DNA of 64,000 nt, from positions 1,024,001 through 1,088,000 of the forward strand of contig CAVOGR010000001.1 in assembly GCA_963695555.1 (NCBI GenBank). Direction: 5' to 3'. The position numbers and the translations under genes were made by a program. Positions 20,053-28,662 of the stretch are shown here, piece after piece. A model generated the notes under the pieces. The model was not told the origin of the DNA. It made no database searches and worked only from the letters and a program-made list of their open reading frames with translations. How positions within the stretch are numbered: position 1 is the first letter of the stretch; every line of letters begins with the position of its first letter. This DNA is from an uncultured Gemmatimonadales bacterium (GTDB taxonomy: Bacteria > Gemmatimonadota > Gemmatimonadetes > Gemmatimonadales > GWC2-71-9).

Positions 20053-21918
20053 ATGGACCGTGCCCGGTATACGGACTTGTTCCTGACGGAGGGTCGCGAG
20101 CATCTCGTGACATGCGCCCACCTTCTGCTCGAATTGGAGCAGGCACCCCGTGAGCTGGAACCGGTCCATGGCCTCTTCCGTGCCATGCATACGCTCAAGG
20201 GAATGGCAGCCACGATGGGGTATTCGCAAGTCACCGATCTGTCCCACCAGATGGAAACCGTGCTCGACGCGGTGCGTCAGGGAGAGCGCCGGGTAAACCG
20301 CCCGCTCATCGATGTTCTTCTCGAGACGGTGGATGCGCTGACGGCGGGTATCGAAACCGCTGTTGCAGGCCAGGACGCCGAGTTGGATTTTCGGGACCTC
20401 CTGGCCCGGCTGAACAAGAGGCCGCGCACGCGCAAACGGGTATCGGGCGATGCCGTGATACCCGAGACGAAGCCATCGCCTGCCGGTATGTGGGTCGAGG
20501 TCGTGATCGATCCGGCCGCTCCGATGCGCGGAGGCCGAGCGGCGGTGCTTCTCCGCGAGGCCGAAGCACTTGGCGCCGTCAGCACAGTCACGCCCTCAGC
20601 CAGCGAACTCGAGCGCGAGTCCTTCACGGGCCAATTTGGGTTCCATTTGGCGTCGGACGCCGCGCCGGCAGCTATTGCGACGCGGCTGCGAACCGTTGGT
20701 GACGTGCTCGAAGTCACGTGTGTTCCCCGTTCACCGGGGAGCCGGACGCCAGGCCCCGCCGAACGGGACGCAGCCAAGCGGTCGACACCGACTGTTCGCG
20801 TCGATCGCCGCCGGCTGGATGCCCTGATGAATCAGATCGGTGAACTCGTCGTGACCAAGAACCGGCTGGCATCGCTGGCGGCCGCCGGCGGTGGGGAGTT
20901 CTCGGCGGCCATTGATAGGATGGCCCGTTTGGTGTCGGAGATGCAGGCAGAGGTCATGTTGGCCCGATTGACTCCGGTTGCGGAGGTTGTCGATCGGTTC
21001 CCTCGGATGGTGCGGGACTTGTCGCGCGTAGTGGGCAAAGAAGTGTCGCTCAACGTGGAGGGGCGCCACATCGAGGTCGATCGCTCGATCCTGGAACAAA
21101 TCGGCGAGCCGCTGCTTCACCTCCTCCGCAACGCTATGGATCACGGCATCGAGTCAGTGGAGGCTCGAGTGAAGGCGGGGAAGCCGCGCGCGGGACAGTT
21201 ATCGCTCATTGCGGCGCGCGAACGCAATAGCGTGACGTTCGAAGTGCGCGATGACGGTGCAGGAATCGACCGCGCGGCGATCCTGGAGAAGGCCAGGCGA
21301 GAGGGATCCGTGGCTGAGCCCGTGACCTCGTTGACGGACGAACAACTGCTCGAGGTGCTTGCACGCCCCGGCTTCAGTACGGCCGAGCGGGTGACGAGCG
21401 TGTCGGGGCGCGGTGTCGGTGTGGATGTGGTCCTCACGCGCATTCGGGCGTTAGGGGGGTCGGTCGAGATTCGATCGGAGGTCGGCCACGGAACGTCGGT
21501 AACCTTGCGGCTTCCACTCACGGTCGTCCTGTTGCGTGCCCTCCTGGCCCGGGTCGGGCAGGAACGGTATGTGATTCCGGTGACCCATGTCGCGGAAACG
21601 GTGTTCCTCGACTCGCGGAGCGCCACGACCCTCGACGGGCGGCAGGCGCTCACTCTGCGCGATCAAGTTATTCCCACGGTGCGGCTGCGCGATCTGGCAG
21701 GATTTCCCAACGAGCCCACCCCGGCACGGCAACCGTGCGTGGTGTTCGAGGTCGGTTCGCGGCGCACCGCCTTGGTGGTCGATGCCCTCCTCGGCCAGGA
21801 GGAGATCGTGGTCGAGCCCTTCGAGCCACCGAGTGGCACGCCGGCAGTGTTTAGCGGAGCAACCATCCTATCGGACGGAGTACCGTCCCTGATTCTCGAC
21901 GCCGCAGCCGTGGTATAA
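20053..21918 (+). CDS. cheA: Chemotaxis histidine kinase CheA (P1-P2-P3-P4-P5)
   Basis: FRAMHTLKG (His46), HLLRNAMDHG, DDGAG, SGRGVG, C-terminal CheW-like domain. Confidence 0.95.
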   Translation: MDRARYTDLFLTEGREHLVTCAHLLLELEQAPRELEPVHGLFRAMHTLKGMAATMGYSQVTDLSHQMETVLDAVRQGERRVNRPLIDVLLETVDALTAGIETAVAGQDAELDFRDLLARLNKRPRTRKRVSGDAVIPETKPSPAGMWVEVVIDPAAPMRGGRAAVLLREAEALGAVSTVTPSASELERESFTGQFGFHLASDAAPAAIATRLRTVGDVLEVTCVPRSPGSRTPGPAERDAAKRSTPTVRVDRRRLDALMNQIGELVVTKNRLASLAAAGGGEFSAAIDRMARLVSEMQAEVMLARLTPVAEVVDRFPRMVRDLSRVVGKEVSLNVEGRHIEVDRSILEQIGEPLLHLLRNAMDHGIESVEARVKAGKPRAGQLSLIAARERNSVTFEVRDDGAGIDRAAILEKARREGSVAEPVTSLTDEQLLEVLARPGFSTAERVTSVSGRGVGVDVVLTRIRALGGSVEIRSEVGHGTSVTLRLPLTVVLLRALLARVGQERYVIPVTHVAETVFLDSRSATTLDGRQALTLRDQVIPTVRLRDLAGFPNEPTPARQPCVVFEVGSRRTALVVDALLGQEEIVVEPFEPPSGTPAVFSGATILSDGVPSLILDAAAVV

Positions 21919-21927
21919 GGAGGCCTG

Positions 21928-22548
21928 ATGGCGGATCTGCGACAGCTCACGGATCTGGAAATCGACGCGCTACGTGAGGTTGCCAGCATCGGAGCCGGCC
22001 ACGCCGCGACGGCACTGTCGCAAATGATTGAGCGCACCGTCATGATCAGTGTGCCGACGGTGCGCGTTGTCCCGCTCGAGGAGGTCGGGCAGCTCGTAGG
22101 ACGCCCGGACGACATCGTAGCCGCCGTGTTGATGCACATGATGGGCGATCTCACGGGGCGCACCCTCCTGGTCTTTCCCGAGAGCGCCGCCAAGCAGCTC
22201 TGCGACATCTTGTTGCGACGAACCGGCGGGTCCACCCTGACATTCGCCGTCATGGAACAATCGGGTCTCAAGGAGGTCGGGAACATCCTCAGCAGCGCCT
22301 ATTTCAACGCGCTGAGCGATTTTATGGGCATGATGCTCATGCCATCGATTCCCAGCTTGGTGATTGACTATTCCGCGGCAGTGTTGACCAGCACCACCTT
22401 GAATTTTGGGCACGCGCGTGATTCCGTCCTGTGTGTGGAGACCGACCTCAGGGTGCGAGATTCCGGGGAAAAGGTGACGGGCCACTTCATGCTCATGCCG
22501 GATCTCCCGTCCTTGCAGGCCATCTTCGACGCCGTCCGCCTTGCGTAG
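21928..22548 (+). CDS. cheC: CheY-P phosphatase CheC
   Basis: DALREVASIGAGHAATALS and SGLKEVGNIL repeats. Confidence 0.9.
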   Translation: MADLRQLTDLEIDALREVASIGAGHAATALSQMIERTVMISVPTVRVVPLEEVGQLVGRPDDIVAAVLMHMMGDLTGRTLLVFPESAAKQLCDILLRRTGGSTLTFAVMEQSGLKEVGNILSSAYFNALSDFMGMMLMPSIPSLVIDYSAAVLTSTTLNFGHARDSVLCVETDLRVRDSGEKVTGHFMLMPDLPSLQAIFDAVRLA

Positions 22549-22551
22549 CGC

Positions 22552-25269
22552 ATGGATGTTTCTGCGCTGTCCGACCGCGACCTCTCCATCCTCCGCGCCT
22601 TCGCGTCGCGGGTCGATCCATCCGATGCGGGCGGCCACAACAATCTGGGCGTGCTGTATTTTCGCAAAGGCCTGATTCCGGAAGCCATCGCCCAGTTCAC
22701 TCACGCGCTCGAACTCGATCCTCGAATGCAGGTGGCGCAGGACAATCTGCGCCTGGCGTACCACGGCACCGGATACTACGATCGCCGAGTCACCGAACTC
22801 CGGGAACATCTGCGCCGCGAACCGGAGGACCGGGACGCCCGGTGGGAGTTGGGCAAGGTGTACGCCTCGTTGAGACAGTACGATGCGGCCGCGGCCGAAT
22901 TCGAAGCCTTGCTCGCTCGGCATCCGTACGACGTGCGCGCGGTCGTGCAGCTTGGCCTGTGTGAAAAGGCGCGCGGCAACATTCCCCGGGCCGAGGAGTG
23001 GTTCAGCCGGGCGTGTCGGCTCGATCCCGAGAGTCCGGTGGCACGGTTCTACCTCGGTGAGGCTCTCTACAACCGGGGGCTGAACGAGCAAGCCTTGGTC
23101 GAACTGTCGCAGTCGGTTAGCCTGAATTCCGATAACGCCGAGGCCCAATACATTCTCGGCTTCGTCTATGGCGATCTCGGCCGGCATGAGGAGGCGCGGC
23201 GTGCGACCCGCCGGGCCATCGAGCTGAACCCGACCCTTGGCCGCGCGCATGCCAACTTGTCGCTCCGCCCTGACGAGGGCAGCGAGGCGGGCCGGTCCGC
23301 TGCCGCACCGGGTGACGCGAACGACCTTGCGGTTGCCGAGAACACGGCGCTTGCCCACTACAATTTGGGACTGGCCTTCCGCCAAAAAGGATACCATGCG
23401 GAGGCCCTCCGCGAGTATCGGCTCGCCCTCGAACACGGGGAAGAGCGCCAGCTCGTCCTCCAAGCCATGGCCGAGGTCCACCTGCTCAAGCGCGACCTGA
23501 GCGCCGCGCTCGAATTGTACGACCGGTTGGTGGTGGATTATCCGGACTCTCCAAAGCTCTGGAATGAACGAGGCGTCTGCCTCCAACAGGCCGGCCGCCG
23601 AGAGGCCGCCCTCGAGTCCTATCAGAGCGCCGTCGGTACGGACGAGACCTACGCCCTCGCCTGGAACAACCTCGGCGTGGCCCAGGCCCAGGTGCCCGAC
23701 TTCGATGCCGCGTCCGACGCCTTCCGGGCGGCGATCCGCCATAAGTCGGATCTTCTCGCCGCGCGGCTCAACCTCGCACTGCTGCTCTTTCAGCGTCGCC
23801 GTTTCCAGCTCGCGCTGGAGGCCTACCGGCATGCGCTGGCGGACGATCCGGACAATGCGGTCGCCTGGAACGGTGTGGGCCTGATTCTCATGGAATTGAA
23901 GCGATACGCCGACGCCAAGAATGCTTTCGCCAGAGCCGTCGAGACAGACCCCGAGCACGCCCCGGCCCACTATAACCTGAGCTTCGTCTTGAGCCAGCTC
24001 GGCGATTTCGACGGTGCGCTGCGCGAAACCAAACATGCGCTCGAATTGGAATCGTACTATGTACCTCAGCGGTACGATTTGACGATCGACCTCCAGTACG
24101 AGCATACAACCATTTCTGTGGCCCCGGTGCTCTCGGGCGACGAAGTCGCGGGTGAATTGCCGGACGACTTCGTCTTCGACGAGCGATTACTCGACGATCT
24201 CTTTGCGACGTTGGCGCCGGATGCGGATCAGTCGGATGACACGGCTCCCCAGCCGGGGCGTGAGCTGTCGCTCGCCCTGGCGCGCGACTACATCAGCAAA
24301 GGCCTCTTGGAGCTGGCCACGGCCGAACTGAATCGAGCGCGCCGGCGGGGCGCTTCCGCTGGCCAAGTGGCCGCGCTGTTAGGCGACATTTTTGCCAGAC
24401 GAGGGCTGCACGGCGAGGCACTGGAACGCTACCGCGAGGCGATCGACCTGGATCACCGCGATCTGGACGCCCGGGTTGGCGAGGTGCAGAGCCTCCTCGC
24501 CCTCGATCGTCTTGGTGAAGCGGCGCAGTCAGCGTCCGATCTCGAACCCATGGCAGCCGGAAGCGTCGACGCCTTGATGGTCTGCGCCAAGGTGCGCGTG
24601 CGCGTGGGGGAGCTGGTCCCGGCCCTCGATCTGCTCAAGGCGGCGCAGGCCTCCGCCCCGGAACGGGGTGAACTCTACCAACTGCAAGCCCAAGCAGCTG
24701 TGAAACTCGGCGACCTGGAAGCGGCCAGCGACGCATACCGGCACGCGCTCGCGCTGGACCCCAACCTGGTCATGGTGTGGCATGAGGTCGGCCAGTTGGA
24801 AGAGGCCCGACGCGACTGGACCGCGGCACGGGCGGCTTATGCGCAGGCGCTGGATCTGCTCCCCACCTTCATGGACGCGACGCTGGCACTCGCGGACGGC
24901 ATGCGTCGGCACGAATCGCCGCGTCAAGCGGTGAGCTATTTGGTCGAAGTCCTGGCCAGCGACCCCTATGAGTTCGAGGCCCTGGTGCTGCTCGGCCGCA
25001 GCCTGCTCGACGACGGCCGCCCGGATCGTGCCATCGAGGCATTCGATCGCGTCCTCAGGTTTGTGCCAGATCATGCCGACGCGTTGTATTTTCGAGGGCT
25101 CGCGTTGGAGCGGCAGCGGCGATTGGCAGAGGCCGTGGAATCCTGGCACCAGGCCATCCAATCCAATCCCGCCGGCCAGTACGCCCAGGCTGCCCGCCTC
25201 AGGATGCGGTCGGCCCGGGACCTCTCCGAAATCTTCAAGGTGCCGAGTGGAGTGAACGGTGGCGATTGA
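22552..25269 (+). CDS. Large tetratricopeptide-repeat protein (905 aa)
   Basis: Many TPR consensus units (e.g. HNNLGVLY...A..QF..ALELDP; AWNNLG; AHYNL); acidic central linker; no signal peptide. Confidence 0.9.
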   Translation: MDVSALSDRDLSILRAFASRVDPSDAGGHNNLGVLYFRKGLIPEAIAQFTHALELDPRMQVAQDNLRLAYHGTGYYDRRVTELREHLRREPEDRDARWELGKVYASLRQYDAAAAEFEALLARHPYDVRAVVQLGLCEKARGNIPRAEEWFSRACRLDPESPVARFYLGEALYNRGLNEQALVELSQSVSLNSDNAEAQYILGFVYGDLGRHEEARRATRRAIELNPTLGRAHANLSLRPDEGSEAGRSAAAPGDANDLAVAENTALAHYNLGLAFRQKGYHAEALREYRLALEHGEERQLVLQAMAEVHLLKRDLSAALELYDRLVVDYPDSPKLWNERGVCLQQAGRREAALESYQSAVGTDETYALAWNNLGVAQAQVPDFDAASDAFRAAIRHKSDLLAARLNLALLLFQRRRFQLALEAYRHALADDPDNAVAWNGVGLILMELKRYADAKNAFARAVETDPEHAPAHYNLSFVLSQLGDFDGALRETKHALELESYYVPQRYDLTIDLQYEHTTISVAPVLSGDEVAGELPDDFVFDERLLDDLFATLAPDADQSDDTAPQPGRELSLALARDYISKGLLELATAELNRARRRGASAGQVAALLGDIFARRGLHGEALERYREAIDLDHRDLDARVGEVQSLLALDRLGEAAQSASDLEPMAAGSVDALMVCAKVRVRVGELVPALDLLKAAQASAPERGELYQLQAQAAVKLGDLEAASDAYRHALALDPNLVMVWHEVGQLEEARRDWTAARAAYAQALDLLPTFMDATLALADGMRRHESPRQAVSYLVEVLASDPYEFEALVLLGRSLLDDGRPDRAIEAFDRVLRFVPDHADALYFRGLALERQRRLAEAVESWHQAIQSNPAGQYAQAARLRMRSARDLSEIFKVPSGVNGGD

Positions 25270-26407
25270 AGGGCCGCTAAAAGAACTCCACATCGACGAC
25301 GTCTTCCAGCTCATGGACTTGGGCCGAAAGACCGGCGTCCTGCACGTCACGTCCGAGCTGCGGGAAAACGCAGGCACCGTGTTCTTCGAGAACGGGTGGG
25401 TGGTGGGTGCCATGATCGCGACCAATCCGCATCCACTCGGGGAGCTGTTGATCCGGACGGGGAAAGTGGCCGAAGAAGACGTCGTCCGTGCACGGACCCT
25501 TCAGACAAGCCGCCCAGGCCGGCGCTTGGGGGAGCTGTTAGTGGAGATCGGAGCGATTTCCCGTCGGGAACTCGACCGACACATCCGTGCGCAGGTCGAG
25601 GAAGTCGTCTTCGAGTTGATGAGTTGGTCCGAGGGATACTTCCGCTTCGAGGAGGGAGAGCCGGGGCAGACTCCGGCCGAAGCCTCGTTTCGAATCGCAC
25701 CGGAGGCGCTGCTCATGGAGGCGGCGCGACGAATCGATGAATGGAGTCGGATCGTCGCCAAGATTCCGCATCAGGGGGTAGTGCCGGGGCTCAATCCGGA
25801 ACAGGCCACCGCCACCGCCGCGCTGGAACTGGTCCCGTTCGAGTGGGAAGTGCTTGCGGCCGTCGATGGAACGGCCACGGTTCGCGACGTGGCCCGGCGG
25901 GTTCGACAGCCCGAGTTCGACGTCGCCAAGACGCTCTTTGGACTCGCGTCGGCCGGCATCATCATCATCCGCGATGCGACGACCGACGGCGGCAACGGTG
26001 CCGGCCGGGGAGTGGAGGTGCTGTCGGCCCAGGCCGATGACCACCTCCAGGCTGGGGACCTGGCCGGAGCCCACCTCGTGGCCCAGGACGCCGTCCTCGC
26101 CTATCCCGACGACGGGGAGGCCTTTCTCGTCCTCGCCCGGGTGTCCCTTGCCAACGGGCGATTCGGCGAAGCCCTGGATGCCGCTCATCGGGCGCTTGCC
26201 CTCCAAGGTCAAACGGGGCCTGGACTTCGGCTGCTCGGTCTGGCTCTTGCAGGGGCAGGTCGTTTTGGGGACGCCTTGGGAGCGTGGGACCGCTGGAAGG
26301 GCTTGGAGACCATGGATCCAGCCGAACGAAGACATTGGGACACGATCGATCGCCTGGAGGATGCGGCGAAGCTCTTGAATAATGCGGTCCGTGGGCGCCA
26401 TGAGTGA
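25259..26407 (+). CDS. DUF4388 (PatA-N-like) protein with MshEN-like repeats and C-terminal TPRs
   Basis: MAIEGPLKEL..DDVFQL...KTGVL; LMSWSEGYFRF; LLMEAARRIDEW. Confidence 0.8.
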   Translation: MAIEGPLKELHIDDVFQLMDLGRKTGVLHVTSELRENAGTVFFENGWVVGAMIATNPHPLGELLIRTGKVAEEDVVRARTLQTSRPGRRLGELLVEIGAISRRELDRHIRAQVEEVVFELMSWSEGYFRFEEGEPGQTPAEASFRIAPEALLMEAARRIDEWSRIVAKIPHQGVVPGLNPEQATATAALELVPFEWEVLAAVDGTATVRDVARRVRQPEFDVAKTLFGLASAGIIIIRDATTDGGNGAGRGVEVLSAQADDHLQAGDLAGAHLVAQDAVLAYPDDGEAFLVLARVSLANGRFGEALDAAHRALALQGQTGPGLRLLGLALAGAGRFGDALGAWDRWKGLETMDPAERRHWDTIDRLEDAAKLLNNAVRGRHE

Positions 26408-27248
26408 CAGTATCCGGGCCATGACGGCCCAGCTGGTCAGCGATCCCGCCAGCATGATCTTCCTGCCGCTGGGAGAGGCCCTGCGCCAGCGCGGACAGCT
26501 CGACGCCGCCGAGAAAGTGGCGCTGGCTGGCCTTGGGCGCTACTCCGAATCGGCCGATGCGCACGACCTGTACGCCAGGATTCTCGGGGATCGCGGTCAA
26601 CTCGAATTGGCATTCGATGAGTGGGACATCGCCCTCCGGCTGGAGCCGGACCACGTCGGGGCGCACAAAGGCATCGGGTTCCTGTATTTCGTGGCTGGCG
26701 AGCTCGACCGGGCATTGGCCCACCTCGAGACGGCCGCCCGGAAGCTGCCGGACGATGATGGGGCCCAAACAGCCCTGGCTCGGGTCAAGGAGGCTCTCGC
26801 TCGCCGAGCGGCGGCAGGGAATGGGGCCGGACGGGAGACAGATACGGCGGTGCTGACTGAGGAGCAGGCGGTGGTACCCGGTGCCGACCCATCCCGGCTG
26901 TTCCTGGGCTTGGAAGGAGCCGAGGACGGCCTCCTGCTTCTCGATACGAGGGGACTTCGCCTCGGTGGTGGATTGACCAGTCCCGAGGGCGACGACGTAG
27001 CCGATGCCGTCTCGGCCCACCTCGCGGGCGTGTCGCAGGAAGCTTCCCGCACTGCCCGGCTACTCGGGCTGGGGGCGTGGATCAGCCTGGCTGCAGAGTC
27101 GCCGGATGGTCATCTGTTCGTGGTGGCTCCAACGCCGGAGACTCTGTTGCTTCTCGTTCGGGAGCAGAGCGTTCCCTTGGGACGCCTGGGCGTGGTTGCC
27201 GACCATGCGGCCGGGGTCGCGCGGGCTTGGCTCGAGGGATTGCAGTGA
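26400..27248 (+). CDS. TPR protein with C-terminal roadblock/LC7-like domain
   Basis: N-terminal TPRs (FLPLGEALR, AHKGIGFLY); C-terminal LLLLDTRGL...AVSAHLAGVS...LGLG...LLLLV..SVPLG roadblock pattern. Confidence 0.7.
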   Translation: MSDSIRAMTAQLVSDPASMIFLPLGEALRQRGQLDAAEKVALAGLGRYSESADAHDLYARILGDRGQLELAFDEWDIALRLEPDHVGAHKGIGFLYFVAGELDRALAHLETAARKLPDDDGAQTALARVKEALARRAAAGNGAGRETDTAVLTEEQAVVPGADPSRLFLGLEGAEDGLLLLDTRGLRLGGGLTSPEGDDVADAVSAHLAGVSQEASRTARLLGLGAWISLAAESPDGHLFVVAPTPETLLLLVREQSVPLGRLGVVADHAAGVARAWLEGLQ

Positions 27249-27595
27249 TGCCGGAGTTCGCAACTGCACTCGACTTGATCACCCGGGTCCACGGCGTCCG
27301 CGGCGCCATGCTGGTGTCAGTCTCAGACGGACTCGTTGTCGCCGAATCGTCCATGGACGGTGTGGACGGCGCGCCGGTCGCGGCGCTCACCGCAAGCCTT
27401 GCCGGCCGGCTGCGGCGCACCACTGAAGCGGCGGGACGACGACTGCCGACCTTCATCCACCTCCGGGCGGCAACAGGGACCGTGCTCGCGGTGCCGTCCA
27501 ACGACGACCTGCTCGTCGTGACGATTGGCGCTCCGGACATCAATGTCGGCCTGGCTCGGTTGGAAATGCTCCACGTCGCGGAGCGAGGGATTTGA
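27248..27595 (+). CDS. Roadblock/LC7 domain protein (MglC-like)
   Basis: GVRGAMLVS.SDGLVV, VAALTASL, INVGLARLEM. Confidence 0.85.
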   Translation: MPEFATALDLITRVHGVRGAMLVSVSDGLVVAESSMDGVDGAPVAALTASLAGRLRRTTEAAGRRLPTFIHLRAATGTVLAVPSNDDLLVVTIGAPDINVGLARLEMLHVAERGI

Positions 27596-28056
27596 TGCGA
27601 GCCGTTGAGCCATGGGTGGAAGGTCCGCTCGCGGCGTTCCTGGATGAGTCGGCTGCGCGGCTCACGCTGTTGATGACCTCGGCTGGCCAGGTACTGGCCC
27701 AGCATGGGTTCACGCGCGCCTTCGACGTCATGTCTGCCGCGGCGTTGGGCGCTGGGATCATGGCGTCGACCGACGAGCTTGCGCGTCTGATGGACGCGCC
27801 GCCCTTTCGCGCCTTGGCGCACCAGGGAGTCCATCACGGCTTGTTCCTTTCCGGCTTCGACACGCCCCAAGGACGGTGGATCGGACTCGTGGTCTTCGGG
27901 CCTGAGAGTTCACTCGGGCTGGTTCAGCTGTTCTTCCAGCGCCTCGTGGCGGACTTGGCCAAGCAGGCCCCGACCGAAGCTCCAAGCAACCGGGTGTTGG
28001 GATCAGATTTCGAGGACGAGCTCAACGCCAGCCTGCGAACCCTTTTCGGTCAGTAG
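27595..28056 (+). CDS. mglB: MglB-like roadblock protein (putative GAP of MglA)
   Basis: AAALGAGIMAST.ELARL...F..LAHQG and SLGLV resemble MglB; lies directly upstream of mglA. Confidence 0.75.
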   Translation: MRAVEPWVEGPLAAFLDESAARLTLLMTSAGQVLAQHGFTRAFDVMSAAALGAGIMASTDELARLMDAPPFRALAHQGVHHGLFLSGFDTPQGRWIGLVVFGPESSLGLVQLFFQRLVADLAKQAPTEAPSNRVLGSDFEDELNASLRTLFGQ

Positions 28057-28059
28057 CAT

Positions 28060-28662
28060 ATGTCGCTTGTCAACTTCACGTCCCGCGAGATCACCTGTAA
28101 GATCGTCTATTACGGACCAGGCCGATCCGGCAAGACGAGCAATCTTCAGTACATCTATGGTCGGGTTCCGGAAGCGCGCCGGGGCCGCATGGTGTCGCTC
28201 GCCACCAAAGGCGACCGCACGCTGTTTTTCGATTTTCTCCCGCTCGAGCTCGGGACAATCTCAGGATTCGTCACACGATTCCAGTTGTACACCGTGCCCG
28301 GGCAGGTGTACTACAATGCGACCCGGAAGCTGGTGTTGCAGGGTGCAGACGGTATCGTTTTTGTGGCCGACAGCCAAGCCCGGCGATTCGACGATAACCT
28401 CGAGAGCCTCCAGAACCTGCAAGAGAATTTGCTCGCGCACGGTGTCGATATTCGGGAATTGCCCCTCGTCTACCAATACAACAAGCAGGATCTCCCTGCG
28501 GATCTCATCCTCGGGCCGGACGAACTCGATGATGCCTTGAATTTTCGAGCGGTCCAGAGCTTCGGCGCCGATTGTCTGAGCGGGAACGGCGTGTTTGAGA
28601 CATTGCGGGGCATTTCAGAGCTCGTGTTGAAGCGCCTGGCCGCGGGGAGCCGGGTTGCGTGA
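28060..28662 (+). CDS. mglA: MglA small Ras-like GTPase
   Basis: KIVYYGPGRSGKTSNL, DRTLFFDFLP, LYTVPGQ, YNKQDLP. Confidence 0.95.
   Translation: MSLVNFTSREITCKIVYYGPGRSGKTSNLQYIYGRVPEARRGRMVSLATKGDRTLFFDFLPLELGTISGFVTRFQLYTVPGQVYYNATRKLVLQGADGIVFVADSQARRFDDNLESLQNLQENLLAHGVDIRELPLVYQYNKQDLPADLILGPDELDDALNFRAVQSFGADCLSGNGVFETLRGISELVLKRLAAGSRVA

Noticed and set aside
21970..24105. 711-aa minus-strand ORF
   Set aside because: Antisense shadow of cheC and the TPR gene; long stop-free reverse frames are expected at high GC, and it has no recognisable motifs.
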